Shown piece after piece: positions 51,953 to 64,000 of a stretch of 64,000 nucleotides of DNA. The notes under the pieces were generated by a model. The model had not been told where the DNA came from. It was given only the letters and a program-made list of their open reading frames with translations, and did no database searches. This DNA comes from the human T2T-CHM13v2.0 reference genome, Homo sapiens. The stretch lies in assembly GCF_009914755.1 (NCBI RefSeq), contig NC_060926.1; one strand, 5' to 3'. Position numbers and translations under genes: made by a program. Numbering within the stretch: position 1 is the first letter of the stretch; every line of letters starts with the position of its first letter.

Positions 51953-54141
51953 AAAAAACTCAATAAACTAGATATTGATGGAATGTATCTCAAAATAATA
52001 GGAGCTATTTATGACAAACCCACAGCCAATATCACACTGAATGGGCAAAAGCAGGAAGCATTCCCTTTGAAAACCGACAGAAGACAAGGATGCCATCTCT
52101 CGCCACTCCTATTCAACATAGTATATTAGAAGCTCTGGGCGGGGCAATCAGGCAAGAGAAGGAAATAAAGGGTATTCAGATAGGAAGAGAGGAAGGCAAA
52201 TTGTCCCTGTTTGCAGACGACGTGATTCTATATTTAGAAAAGCCCAGCATCTCAGCCCAAAATCTCCTTAAGCTGATAAGCAGTCAACAAAGTCTCAGGA
52301 TACAAAATCAATATGCAAAAATCACGAGCATTCCTATACACCAATAATAGAGAGACAGCCAAATCATGAGTAAACTCCCATTCACAACTGTTACAAAAAG
52401 AATGAAATACCTAGAAATACAACTGTACAAGGGATGTGAAGGACCTCTTCAAGGAGAACCACAAACCACTGCTTGAGGAAATAAGAGAGGACACAAACAA
52501 ATGGAAAAACATTCCATGCTCATGGATAGGAAGAATCAATATCGTGAAAATGGCCATACTGCCCAAAGTAATTTATAGATTCAGTGCTATCCCCATCAAG
52601 CTATCATTGACTTTCTTCACAGAATTGGAAAAAACTACTTTAAATTTCATATGGAACCAAAAAAGAGCCTGTATAGCCAAGACAATTTTAAGCAAAAAGA
52701 ACAAAGCTGGAGGCATCATGCTACCTGACTTCAAACTATACTACAAGGCTACAGTAATCAAAACAGCATGGTAGTGGCACCAAAACAGATATATAGACCA
52801 ATGGAACAGAATAGAGGCCTCAGAAATAACACCACACATCTACAACCATCTGATCTTTGACAGACCTGACCAAAACAAGCAATGGGGAAAGGATTCCCTA
52901 TTTAATAAATGGTGTTGGGAAAACTGGATAGCCATATGCAGAAAACTGAAACTGGCTTCCTTACACCTTATACAAAAATTAACTCAAGATGTATTAAAGA
53001 TATAAATGTAAGACCTAAAATCTTAAAAATCCTAGAAGAAAACCTAGGCAATACCATCCAGGACGCAGGCACAGGCAAAGACTTCGTGACTAAAACCCCA
53101 AAAGCAATTGCAACAAAAGCCAAAATTGACAAATGGAATCTAATTAAATTAAAGAGCTTCTGCACAGCAAAAGAAACTATTATCAGGGTGAACAGGCAAC
53201 CTCTAGAATGGGAGAACATTTTTGCAATCTATCCATCTGACAAAGGGCTAATATCCATAATCTACAAGGAATTTAAACAAATTTACAAGAAAAAAACAAC
53301 CCCATCAAAAAAATGGGCAAAAGATATGAGCAGACACTTTTCAAAAGAAGACATTTATGTGGCCAACAAACATGAGGAAAAGCTCATCATCACTGGTCAT
53401 TGGAGAAATGCAAATCAAAACCACAATGAGATACCATCTCACACCAGTTAGAATGGTGATCATTAAAAGGAGGTCAGGAAACAACAGATGCTGGAGAGGA
53501 TGTGGAGAAATAGGAATGCTTTTACACTGTTGGTGGGAGTGTAAATTAGTTCAACCATTGTGGAAAGCAGTGTGGCAATTCCTCAAAGATCTGGAACTAG
53601 AAAAACCATTTGAAACAGCAATCCCATTACTGGGTATGTACCCAAAGGATTATAAATCATTCTACTATAAAGACACATGCACATGTATGTTTATTGCAGC
53701 ACTGTTCACAGTGGCAAAGACTTGGAACCAACCCAAATGCCCATCAATGATAAAGAAAATGTGGCACATATACACCATGGAATACTATGCAGCCACACAA
53801 AAGGATGAGTTCATATCCTTTGCAGGGACATGGATGAGCTCAAAACCACCATTCTCAGCAAACTAACACAGGAACAGAAAACCAAACACTGCTTGTTCTC
53901 ACTCCTAAGTGGGAGCTGAACAATGAGAACACATGGACACAGGGAGGGGAACATCTCACACCAGGGCCTGTCGAGGGGTGGGGGGCTAGGGGAGGGATAG
54001 CATTAGGAGAAATACCTAATGCAGATGACGGGTTGATGGGTGCAGCAAACCATCATGGCACGTGTATACCTATGTAACAAACCTGCACGTTCTGCACATG
54101 TATCCCAGAACTTAAAGTATAATAAAAGAAAAAAGAAAAAA
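51953..54141 (+). mobile_element. 5'-truncated L1PA (L1PA7/8-like): disrupted ORF2 RT/C-terminal region, 3' UTR and A tail
   Basis: ORF fragments carry L1 ORF2 motifs ([45 protein letters not shown]) split by frameshifts and stops; 3' UTR 'gatgacgggttgatgggtgcagcaaacc...cccagaacttaaagtataataaaa'. Confidence 0.95.
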
Positions 54142-57100
54142 TACAGAAACAGACAAGACAGAAAAAAGAGTCTTTCTGTAATATGGAAACTTCAAGCAGA
54201 GGACTCAAGGTATTTTATTTTATCAAACTGGATCTAATTTCACCAAAGCATTAGAAAGAAATCTGTTTGGCATTTTTGTTGTCCAGTATTCCACCCACTC
54301 TGAAGACATTAAAAAGCCACCTTTCGGCTTTACAGATGCCTCCGTGGAACACGGAATTATGTAATTGGACGAACAGTTACCACTTTTCCACACTCTTGCT
54401 ACCCCATGTTACTGCTGAGCAGACTACTGTTTTGCAGGCCTTCCTTATTGCGTAAATGGCTACATTATCACTGTGTACACATTAGGACAAGCAAATGGGC
54501 CCCTTAAGGCAAATAAGGGTTCAAATAACCCAGACAAGGTAGCACAACTGAATTGAGGATTCACCCTTCTTACAACCTTATTGCTTTATGGCACATGAAC
54601 TAACGGAAGGGACAGACTGCTTCAAGTGTGTTTCCTCTGATCCTGTTGGCAAATCATAGCTTTATTACAGTAATGAGTCTGACCATATTTCTGTGCTTAT
54701 GCATATTAGGCACCAAATGTATTTTCTGGCCTGCCAGCCTGTGGTAGTAACTAACACGAGCAATTTGTCCTGGGTTACAGTGTGTGTGCATGCATTAGGT
54801 ATGAACATGTTAGTTGCTCTGGGTTATAAAACACTACATGTTTCATCACGTGTATTTTTATGTGCACAACTTAACTATATGCAAAATAGCCTGGCAATTA
54901 ACCAACACAACTTATTAGTAGGCTACAAGATTATTCCATAATCTTGGGGAAAGCCACAATTTCAATTTAGCAATATTAAACATTCCATAGAATTATTAAA
55001 TACCTAAGGAAAATGCTGAATTTTTTTCCTCTATAAGTGTTAAGATTTTTAAAAAATACCCTTATTCTCCTCTCAATTTCATTTTCATAACTCGGAATGA
55101 CTCCTTTTTAGGAGAATTTGGGATTTTAGACCGTGTATTCCCCTATACTCATTGTGAGATGATATTTGGCCTTTGACCACAACCATTTTCAGGTAAAGGT
55201 AAATGATCATTATTGTAATTGTTGCCTCAGGATCATATTTTATGTATGCCATTTATTGGGTTCATTATTATGAAAAAGTGACATCAGCATAAATTTCAGC
55301 TCAACCAGTAAAAACAATGTATTTTTTTCCTTCCCTTTCTATTGATGAAGCATAGGCCTGGTGCTGTTTGCTTGATTGTATAACTGTATAGGAAGCATAC
55401 TAATAATTCAGGGGCTTACTTTAAAAGAACATACATGTGGAAATACATCCTCTTGCGCTCTTAATTAAAATTAGCTCTTTCTCTCACTCCCCTGCAAAAT
55501 AAATCAATAAATATATAAACAAAAAGAAATAAGTAGGTGAATAAAGAATTAGAATCAGTCAAAAACCTCTGCTAACAGAATTACCCTTGCTGCTTCCACA
55601 CAGTTGTTTTAGGTTGTCAGAGATTTACTTTTTTCCTCCATTCGGGTTGGATTTATGCAAATGACCACACAGGACAGGTGCCTTTATTTAGTCACTACTA
55701 AAGCTGGAATCATGTTGTACAAGAGCTGATAACATGAAATAACACGAAATAAGTGGGCTTATCCCTTCTGAAGCTTGTTTTACAGTACTGGTATTTCTCT
55801 TTAGCAAATCCTGCTGCGTTTTTAAGTATTATGATAAAACAACATAAATGTCTTTGTGGCTAAAACTGATTGTTTCAGAAAGAACACGGCTGTTTTATTC
55901 TTGTCTTTTATATCCTCTACATTGAATGTTTGAACACATTTACAGTTCCCTGGTCTATGTGTATATCATGGGTTATTTGCTTATGGACCCCACAATTATT
56001 CATGCACTGAAGAAAGCAATAAGGGGAGGAAACTCATATTGGTAATAGCAGCACCCCAAATAAATAGAAAACCAAGACTGCAATGTGCCTTTTGCAGTCC
56101 TGTCACAGATTAATATGGCTCATGATAGATACTTAGTTCTCTGACAGTTTCCCATGGACCTTCGCTGGGAAGTTGATAGAAATTACTCCAGCTGAATGCT
56201 TAAAGCAGATGTTATCCCATTAATTAGCTTTGGACCTGGGTACACTCGAGACTTTCCCATTTTGAGGCCGAAAGGAATTGGTCCCAGTGAGCGTGCTCTA
56301 TATCCACATTTAGTATCATCTCATAAACAGCAGTGAAAACACAGCAGGCCCTTGATGAAGATACATTAGCTTATTTCTAATTTAAAGTTATGTTGCTTAA
56401 CCTTAATGTAATTGGTCACTGGTGGCCAACTGTTTGTATAGTGTGTTGATGACCAAAGAGATGTAATAAATTATAAAACTCTCTGCTTAAATGGAGGGAA
56501 CGACTGCTTTGTTAAAAGCCTTGCATGTAATAATGGTAAAATAATTACACCTCAAGCCAAATAACTGTGAAGCTGTTAATACTAACAACAGAGTTGTTCT
56601 CAGGATAGCTCAGTTCATCCCCATTTAAAACTAGTACATGAACGAGGCTCTTATATTTAGCCAAAGAGTAACTTTGAATGTTCAATCTCACATTGATTAA
56701 AATAAATGAGTAAGTTATCCTGTTACATTATTTGGGAATGATGGTGATGAGTAGTGGTGGTGGAGTGAATTAAAATATGTAGCCAATTGCTATGGTTAAC
56801 TAGGAAACAAAAAGTGCAAATAATTCTATTCAGTACCTCAATTCATAGTCACCGCCAGGCACATTTTTAAAGAAGACTTGATTAGCTGGTAGAATAACTG
56901 GGATAATACTCCAATATGAAAGTAATTGACACAACTTTAATGCTTAATAATGAATAGCATGCTAGGGGCGAAATAAAGGCAAACTGTCTTCTTTTCTGAG
57001 AACAAGTTCAGACTTAAAATTTCTTAGGCCAAATATAGTGATTCCTTGAGGCTTGTGAGTTGCAACTCCAGCATTATAGGTAAAGTTACAAATATGATTA

Positions 57101-60100
57101 CAATGAAATACCGTGAGCAATAATATTCGTGCTATTAGTTTTCTATATGTTACTGTTGAAAATCTGCTTCTCCCTCTCCATATTAAAGGCTTGCAAATTT
57201 AGGTTAAAATGCAAAAGTGAAATAAACATATCCATGCTTCTGCCTGTGTGTTCTTTTTTCCTTCCTCATTCGATTGTGTTAACTAGCTTTGCTGTAACAA
57301 GTAGGAAAAGTACAGTATTTGCTTTTCTCAAAAGATAGTCCTTTACTCTAAATATTTGCATTCTGAATTTGGATCACCTCCAAAGGGCATTCATTTTACA
57401 ATAGAGTAAAAACATCTCTCTTCTCACATTACATTTCCTAGAAAGACCTTCCAATAATTTAAACTATTTACAGTACCTCTAGGTCATTATTTCCCCTGAC
57501 TCCACCGAAAATACCCTGAGACACTATTTACAGCTGACTCCTGAGTTACCTCACAGGATCAGTTTACAAAACGGAGACTTCACCATGTGAAAGTCATTAT
57601 TTTGTTTAACACAACTTGCAATGTTAAGTGTTTTTTTTTCTTTCTCTTTCTTTTGTTTTTTTTTTTTTTTAAATTTGCCACTTTTACACAAATACTGCCT
57701 TAGCTGATAGGAAAACCCTGGAAGCTCAGATATGAATATATTTATCTCTCCAGGGCCAATCTGTTGATACTAACTGGATCTAATCCATGAAACAAAAAAG
57801 GGTGATAGGAAAATAGCAGAAGAATAAAAGAAATTTTTCCTTCTTGAACAAAAGAGAAACTTCTTATGAAATTAAAAATTCTGCATTATGAATAATAACC
57901 TATCAGAGGTTTCTAAACAGAGGATAGTGGGCTGTCCCATCAAGACCATGCTAATTGAGGCAATGAAGGGGGAAGTCCCCAACTTTGTACAGAGACTAGT
58001 GGTGCTCTGGGAATAACTTCAGAGCTACCCTTCTTAAGAGTAAAAATGACTCCGTTGCTGTTCCAACTAAAAATCAATATGGCTCACAATTTTAATAAGG
58101 AACATGAATCTGAAAACGTGTTTAGTATCAGGTTATATAAACACACCCTAATGAGATACCATAAAATCCATCACATTAAAGGCTGGTTTCCTGCAAGGTA
58201 TATTAGCTAAAAATGCTCCATATATTAGGTCAGTATACAGCAGTACACATAATAAAACAGCTCTGTCAAGATAAGATGCATGTTTTGCCCCTTAAAACTG
58301 TTATGTTTTGCACATTTTATAAGGTTCCTTGAATACATGAATAAGATAAGTTATTCCCATCTCTTTCTTAAGCAATCTCAGAAATGGCTATGACCTGAAA
58401 TTGGAATTCTTGTAAACACCCATCCGAAGAAAATGTGTGCAGCTCTGTCTTAAAGAGATGGTACATGTTTAATTATCCCAACTTCTTCTAGCAGAATACT
58501 ATTAACATGCACATTAGCATCATCTCATTGGTTCTTCCTGCTGCTCCACCTTAGGGGCAGCAGTAGGAGCTAATCTTATTGCTCCCATGCGCATAATAAT
58601 GAAATTTGGTCTTGTCTCAAGGCAGCGTTCTTTGGTCTAAAGTACAGCTGGAGACATTACTGTTTTGGAACATTCCTGACCGATTGATTGTAAAACATAA
58701 AGAAGTAAAATAAAATATAGTCCCAAACAATGCTTGTGAAACATATTGTTTTACTTTGAGCATCAAATATCGAACAATTGAAGGTACGAATGACTCTATG
58801 TTTGAATAAAGACATAAGTGGAGGGAAATTCTTAAGATACCTCTATCTGTGTACATGCCAACAAGCACACCCCATGTATAAACCCCAATCAACGTGTACC
58901 TGTGAAAGTTCTGTTTCTGAACACTACCTTTAGCTGTATACAGGCAGGACAAAAATAAGCCAAAACCATAGAAAGAGCCCTTTTCTCATGTCTTTTTCAT
59001 CCATTTTCCAAAAAACAATGACAAGAGCTCATGGAATGTGTAATGTGCTTGCCTTTTTGCATGCAACGTTGGAAAGCTTAAAAAAAAACTATGCATACAC
59101 TACATAGCACACACAAAAATACTTGTGAATTCAAGGCTACTGAATTAAGGGAGGTTGTTCCAACATTTCCCTCACTGTACATTATTTGTATTCAAGGTTT
59201 TTGAAATGACATTGTAATCTGATGATGCACCAGCCTATTATATTGTCTAGCAGGACAAATATCCTTGCGTTTTCTCTGTAGAACTAACACAATTTTTCCA
59301 TGTCAGAGGTGCATAATATCCTGGCGGTCATAAGGAATGATGCTATTAATCCTCTTGGGCAATCTCCAGGTCTGATTATTAGGGAAATAAATTTGCATGC
59401 TGCATATGAGCTAGGTGAATCACCGAGAGCACAAATTATATTTCCTGACAGCAAGTTAGAGAATGGAGCCGTGTCGCTTTTTTATCTTTCCCCCCTTCTG
59501 AAAGCTATAGAATTTCAATTCATTACATGAGATTGGTTAGAATTCAAGTCTCTTTTTAAGTTGATATTAAGTTGAGTCTGTTATCTCTGCAAAGGCTGGT
59601 AGGTTCCCCAGAGTATCCACCTAATCACTACTTAAAAAAATCGAAATGTATAGTTAGTGTCATGATTTAGGTACCAGAGCTACTTTATTTATCAGCACAG
59701 AGTGAGATAATTTCAATTTGAGCCTCCATAGCCCTCATGAATTTAACTGACGTGAAAGCTTTTCACCCCAACTCTCCTTCTCCCTCCTCCTTTTGTTGCA
59801 TATTGTAATAATAGTTATTCTGTGCACCTTCGTTGTTGCCATGCCAAGCATTGTACTAGACTCCTTCCTTTCTCGTAGAGACTCGATTCTAGCCAGGCTT
59901 GTGCAAAACATCCCCTAGTTTCTTTTTCCACATCTGACTGCCTCCTCTCTGCCAGCAGTACTGCCAGGCGTGTCTGCGTTCAATATCCATGATGAATGTA
60001 TTTTTATTATTTCTAGGGTTTGGCATCAGAGAAAGCTTCTTGCATTATTAAATTTGAGCAGGGAGAATGATAGCAAATAAGAGCATAATAAATTGCTTTA

Positions 60101-61667
60101 TGTCCTAATGAATTAATTAAGCAGACATTTATTATAATGGTTGTTTTATAGACCCATTGTAAAAATGTATGATTGTGTGGTGATACTCTTAGCTGGAGCC
60201 ACATATGGCAACTCGGGTGAATGGGTTGTGACGTCTGTCAGATAGGAAAGGGTTCACCAGGTCTAGTCTGCAAATTCACAAGGATGCAATGAACCTTGCT
60301 GAGGTGTGAGTTTGGTGAAATATTATTGCTATGGCTAGCATGCAGGCAAGTTGAGAATCCTTTTATTATTATTGTGGTTGTGCATAAAAATAAAAATATG
60401 CATACCATGTGCAGTCAAATAGCTTATATTTGTATAGTGTTTTATAGTTTTTAAAGTATATTTACAGATGAATGCACCACAAAAAGAAACAGCAGGTTAT
60501 GGAGGCTTCCTTCAATTCAAAAATGTATATCATTACCATTGTTTGAAACAGAAATATATGTACACTTCAGAATAATAAGAGTAATGGCAAATCCAAGAGG
60601 CGGACAATTTTGGAATATGTAAGCTCTAAGTGTTTTAGATTATATTTATTTACTCAGAGCAAACCAAAGCGGCACAGCTCAAGGGTTATATCTGGGCCTA
60701 GTGATTACTTGAGCCATGGGTAATTGTCAGAGAAACAATTCATTCTTTATCTTGCTTCTTCACAGTGGGTCAAGTGACTCATCTGCCATTTTCCCAAAAA
60801 TAATAATAAAATAATAAAGTAAGATAAAATAAAAGGCTGCAAATTCTTCCTTTGCTTTGCTTTCCCATATGGTTTGGGGCATTCCTTTTCAGAACAGAGG
60901 TACCTCTGAATCACAGGTGTGCTTTGCAGGCACATGGCTTGGGATTCTGCATAGTCAGGAAATATACCCTACTTTTAGGAAAAGGAGATAACAGTTTGAA
61001 AGAAATCAGAGAATGTCCGTGGGGAGGGACAGTGGGAGCCTGAAGGGTTGGTTTCTGTACCTCACTAGAGGCATGAGGGCTATTTTTGGCTTCAAGTAGC
61101 AGTGCTTTTCAGCAGTGTTGAGTTTAATTCCTGTGTAAGTCTGGGCACTGAGACTGATTATAGAGGTGATTTGTAACATATTCAGGAAAGGACATTAGTT
61201 TAGAATCTGGGAATGCCTGAAAGCAGTTACTGCAAATAAACCAAACCAAGTTCGTCTCTAGCACTATCCTGGACTCCTCTCCCCAAGAATTCTGTATGCT
61301 GGATGGCCTCAAACAAAGTGTCAGAAGGATTAGGAAATGGGAGGGATGGAGAAGGCACAAGGCTGGAGTATGATGATTGTTGAGTGCCCGTGAAAGGCCT
61401 TGAGCCTGGCCACTGGCCAGCCCTGGAAAAGAACCGTTCAGGCCATGCAAAGTGCATCCATGAACTGGGAGCCAAACACCATGTGATCCAGAAAAATGCT
61501 TCCTCCCTCAGCAGTATGTCAAAACATTCATTCATTTCAGCGAAAATACATCAGTTTGACAAGTTCCTTTATATTTAGAACATGACAGCATCTGAGTGAT
61601 TTGAGTTTGCTACTTTAGTACCAGTTGTTCAGATATATGTCTGGATTAGAGAAGGAATTTCCATTCC

Positions 61668-61865
61668 TAAAGGCCAGGCATCCTGCTGGGCACTTTGTTT
61701 ATGTTCTTTTTTATGATCCACACCATAGCTTTACATGAGAAGGAGTGTAGGTCTACTGCAGATATGAGGTCACTGAAATTTGAGCAATTAAGTCAATGCC
61801 CTGGCTCATAGCTGGGAGGCGGTAGAGCTGGTATTCAAATATGATTATGACGCCTAAAGTCTCTT
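61668..61865 (-). mobile_element. MIR relic
   Basis: 'ccaggcatcctgctgggcacttt...cagatatgaggtcactga...ttaagtcaatgccc...gagctggtattcaaa'. Confidence 0.6.
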
Positions 61866-61894
61866 GTTTTTATTCTAGGGTTAATCTTTCTCCT

Positions 61895-62115
61895 AGACAG
61901 ACAGAGAGAGAAAGGGAGATGGTGTTGGAGAGGAAGATGGAAAGAGAAGCATAGGGAGAAGAGAAAAAGAGAAAGTGAGGTAAAGGTAGGAGGAAGGAAT
62001 GAGAAAAGGGAGAGTGAGAGACAGTGAGGAGAGGAGGAAGGGAGGGAGAGAGAGAGAAAAAAAAGGAGAGAGGAGAGAGAATGAGAGAATTTGAATCTTC
62101 AAAGGAAAAGGAAGG
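61895..62115. repeat. GA-rich low-complexity tract
   Basis: Purine-rich strand. Confidence 0.85.
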
Positions 62116-62775
62116 TAAATGTAATCGAAAATATTTCTCTATCTTTTCATACTGCCACTCCAACTGAGACTGGATACTATCTTAACATTAACAAGAATCA
62201 CATGTAAACCACTTCTGTTTACTCTTGAGAGTTACAGGAAAAAGTTTGATGTTATATGACTTCTGGTCATTGCCTTTCTCAGAAGGTTTATCAGGGTACA
62301 CAGGTAATGAAGCCTCGTGCCTCAGGATTATGCTCTTTAGACCCAGACAGAATTATGTATAAATTAAATCTTGATCATTTACTAGCTGTTGTTTCCTAGA
62401 GCAAGCCATTTAATTTCTTTGAATGTTCAATTATTAGTATTGTTGTTATTAATATTATTGTACTTAATAGACTCAATCATAAAACTTCATGAAGCACAGT
62501 AAATTCTCTCAGGTCTCTGGTCAAAATGCAAATTTGTATAGTTCAGACCATAAACCAGGCAGAATCCAATCCTCCTATGTCATTATCCACCTTGCATAAA
62601 AATGTGACACTGATTGCCTGGGCTGTAGACACTGAGGATGAAACCAAAAGCTGTAAGTGGCAGTGATTGTCCTCTCGCATTGTGATTGTGTGGATCGTGG
62701 TAAGGTGTTTGATTATAATAAAAGGAATCTACATGCCTTACATTTGTCTTGGCTTTTGCAGTGAATAAGATCTTA

Positions 62776-62947
62776 TTTTTTTTTTTTTTTTTTTTTTTTT
62801 TTTGAGGCAGGGCCTCACTTTGCCCTGGCTGGAGTGCTGTGTTGCGATCATGGTTCACTGCAGCCTCAAACTCTGGAGCTCAAGCCATGCTCTCACCTCA
62901 GTCTCCCAATGTGCTGGGATTACAGGCATAACTCACTGTGCCCAGCC
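62776..62947 (-). mobile_element. Monomeric Alu (AluJ-age; left-arm start joined to right-arm end)
   Basis: T27 plus 'gaggcagggcctcac...ctgcagcctcaaactc', followed directly by 'cccaatgtgctgggattacaggc...gtgcccagcc'; no A-rich linker. Confidence 0.85.
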
Positions 62948-63009
62948 TAAGAATGTTTACTTCAGTGATTCCCTGTGAGTTTCATAATTACCACAAGACA
63001 TAAACACTT

Positions 63010-63120
63010 TCATTGACATGTTGCAGATGGGGAAACTGAGTTTCAGTGACATTTGAAATGACCTGCCCGATACCACAAATCTGTAATAGAAGAGGACATG
63101 AAACTCAGGTTTTCAGTTTC
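63010..63120 (-). mobile_element. MIR fragment
   Basis: 'ttgcagatggggaaactgag...gacctgccc...cacaaat...gaaactcagg'. Confidence 0.65.
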
Positions 63121-64000
63121 TTGTGTTCCTTTGGGGTCTGAAATTTCAGATTTGAATCTTAAAGTGAGGTATTTCAAAAAGAGGATGGAATATTTTCTAC
63201 CAAATTATTCTGCCAGCTAAGGAAACTAGAAGACATCAAGCTTTATATAGAATCTGGATTCATGAGGTGAGTTGACTGATACATCTTTAAAAAATCTCAC
63301 CGTTATAAGAACACTAATACCACTTACATTTATATAGGGCTTGGATTCCAGTGATTGCATACTTGTCCTAAAAGCAAAGGCTAGCTTTTCAGGATTTTGC
63401 CCAGGGCCCTGGAATCCACCAGGGAGATGGCAGTCTACTGCTAACTTCTGTGCAGTGACCTATCATGACAAAAAAGAAATTTCACACAGCCCAAGCAACT
63501 GACAAAACAGTTCACCTTTCAGGGAAAATGTAATATTTTCTGATAAGCAGCTTATGCTAGTTTTCTTAGCAAATAGCCTGGAAGCATTTCTGTCTGTGGC
63601 ATTTCTAGATGTGATAAGTTGAAGGGAACCCTTCTGACCATGCCATAGTTAGGCAGGCCCTTTTCGTTCAGGGGACAGCTATTTGGAAAGATCTAAACAC
63701 GTAACAATTTGAAAATGATATAAAATAATTGATCACAGAGACAGCCCAGAGCATGCATTGTTAACAGAAACACATGTCCCTGTTTATGGAGTTGTAAACA
63801 GAGACGTGTGTATTTATTGTTGGAGTTGGAGGCCAAAGCCTGAGGCAAGATTAGGTCAAAGCCTTGTCTCTTTTGCACATGGCCATGAATAAAAGCAATG
63901 CACATTTTTAGTAGCATTACTCTCCAATGTGTGTTCGAAGAACAGGGACAAGGTGGTAGGTGTTTCTATACTAGGCTTCATTTGCTCATCACAGAAACAT

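Noticed and set aside
51911-53866. Run of ORFs with reverse-transcriptase-like motifs
   Set aside because: These are fragments of L1 ORF2 broken by frameshifts and stops in a 5'-truncated L1PA. They are not a functional gene or a novel RT system.
56263-56275. 'tgaggccgaaagg', resembling a hammerhead ribozyme stem II
   Set aside because: The CUGAUGA core, the closing of stem II and the following GAAA are all missing.
58538-58570. Small hairpin / CTCF-like 'ctgctgctcc...ggggcagcag'
   Set aside because: The stem is too short for a pre-miRNA and the spacing does not fit the CTCF core.

Overview
This is a 64 kb AT-rich primate non-coding window, intronic or intergenic. It is almost certainly human, because it carries an AluYb8 (23.2 kb) and an AluYa5 (46.5 kb). 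I cannot support any complete protein-coding gene, tRNA, rRNA or CRISPR array. The listed ORFs derive from Alu, L1 or LTR sequence, from microsatellites, or from chance. Recognisable content is interspersed repeats: 13 Alu or Alu-monomer copies, three 5'-truncated L1s, two MaLR elements that keep both LTRs and internal sequence, solo LTRs, MER5A1/MER58A/MER63A DNA transposons, many MIR/L2 relics, and simple repeats. There are also a few plus-strand exon-like segments and enhancer- or insulator-like motifs. The most unusual structures seen directly in the sequence are five: (1) an exact 47-bp copy of unique sequence placed 2.6 kb away inside an L1-embedded microsatellite; (2) a tiny polyadenylated, TSD-flanked retrocopy of an LTR-like transcript end; (3) an internally deleted solo LTR12 that survives as an orphan CpG island; (4) a duplicated Alu tail/target junction; (5) a 19-bp minisatellite that multiplies NKX and kB-like motifs. 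Subfamily names come from recalled consensus features, not from a database search. I found no evidence for a genuinely new multi-gene system.
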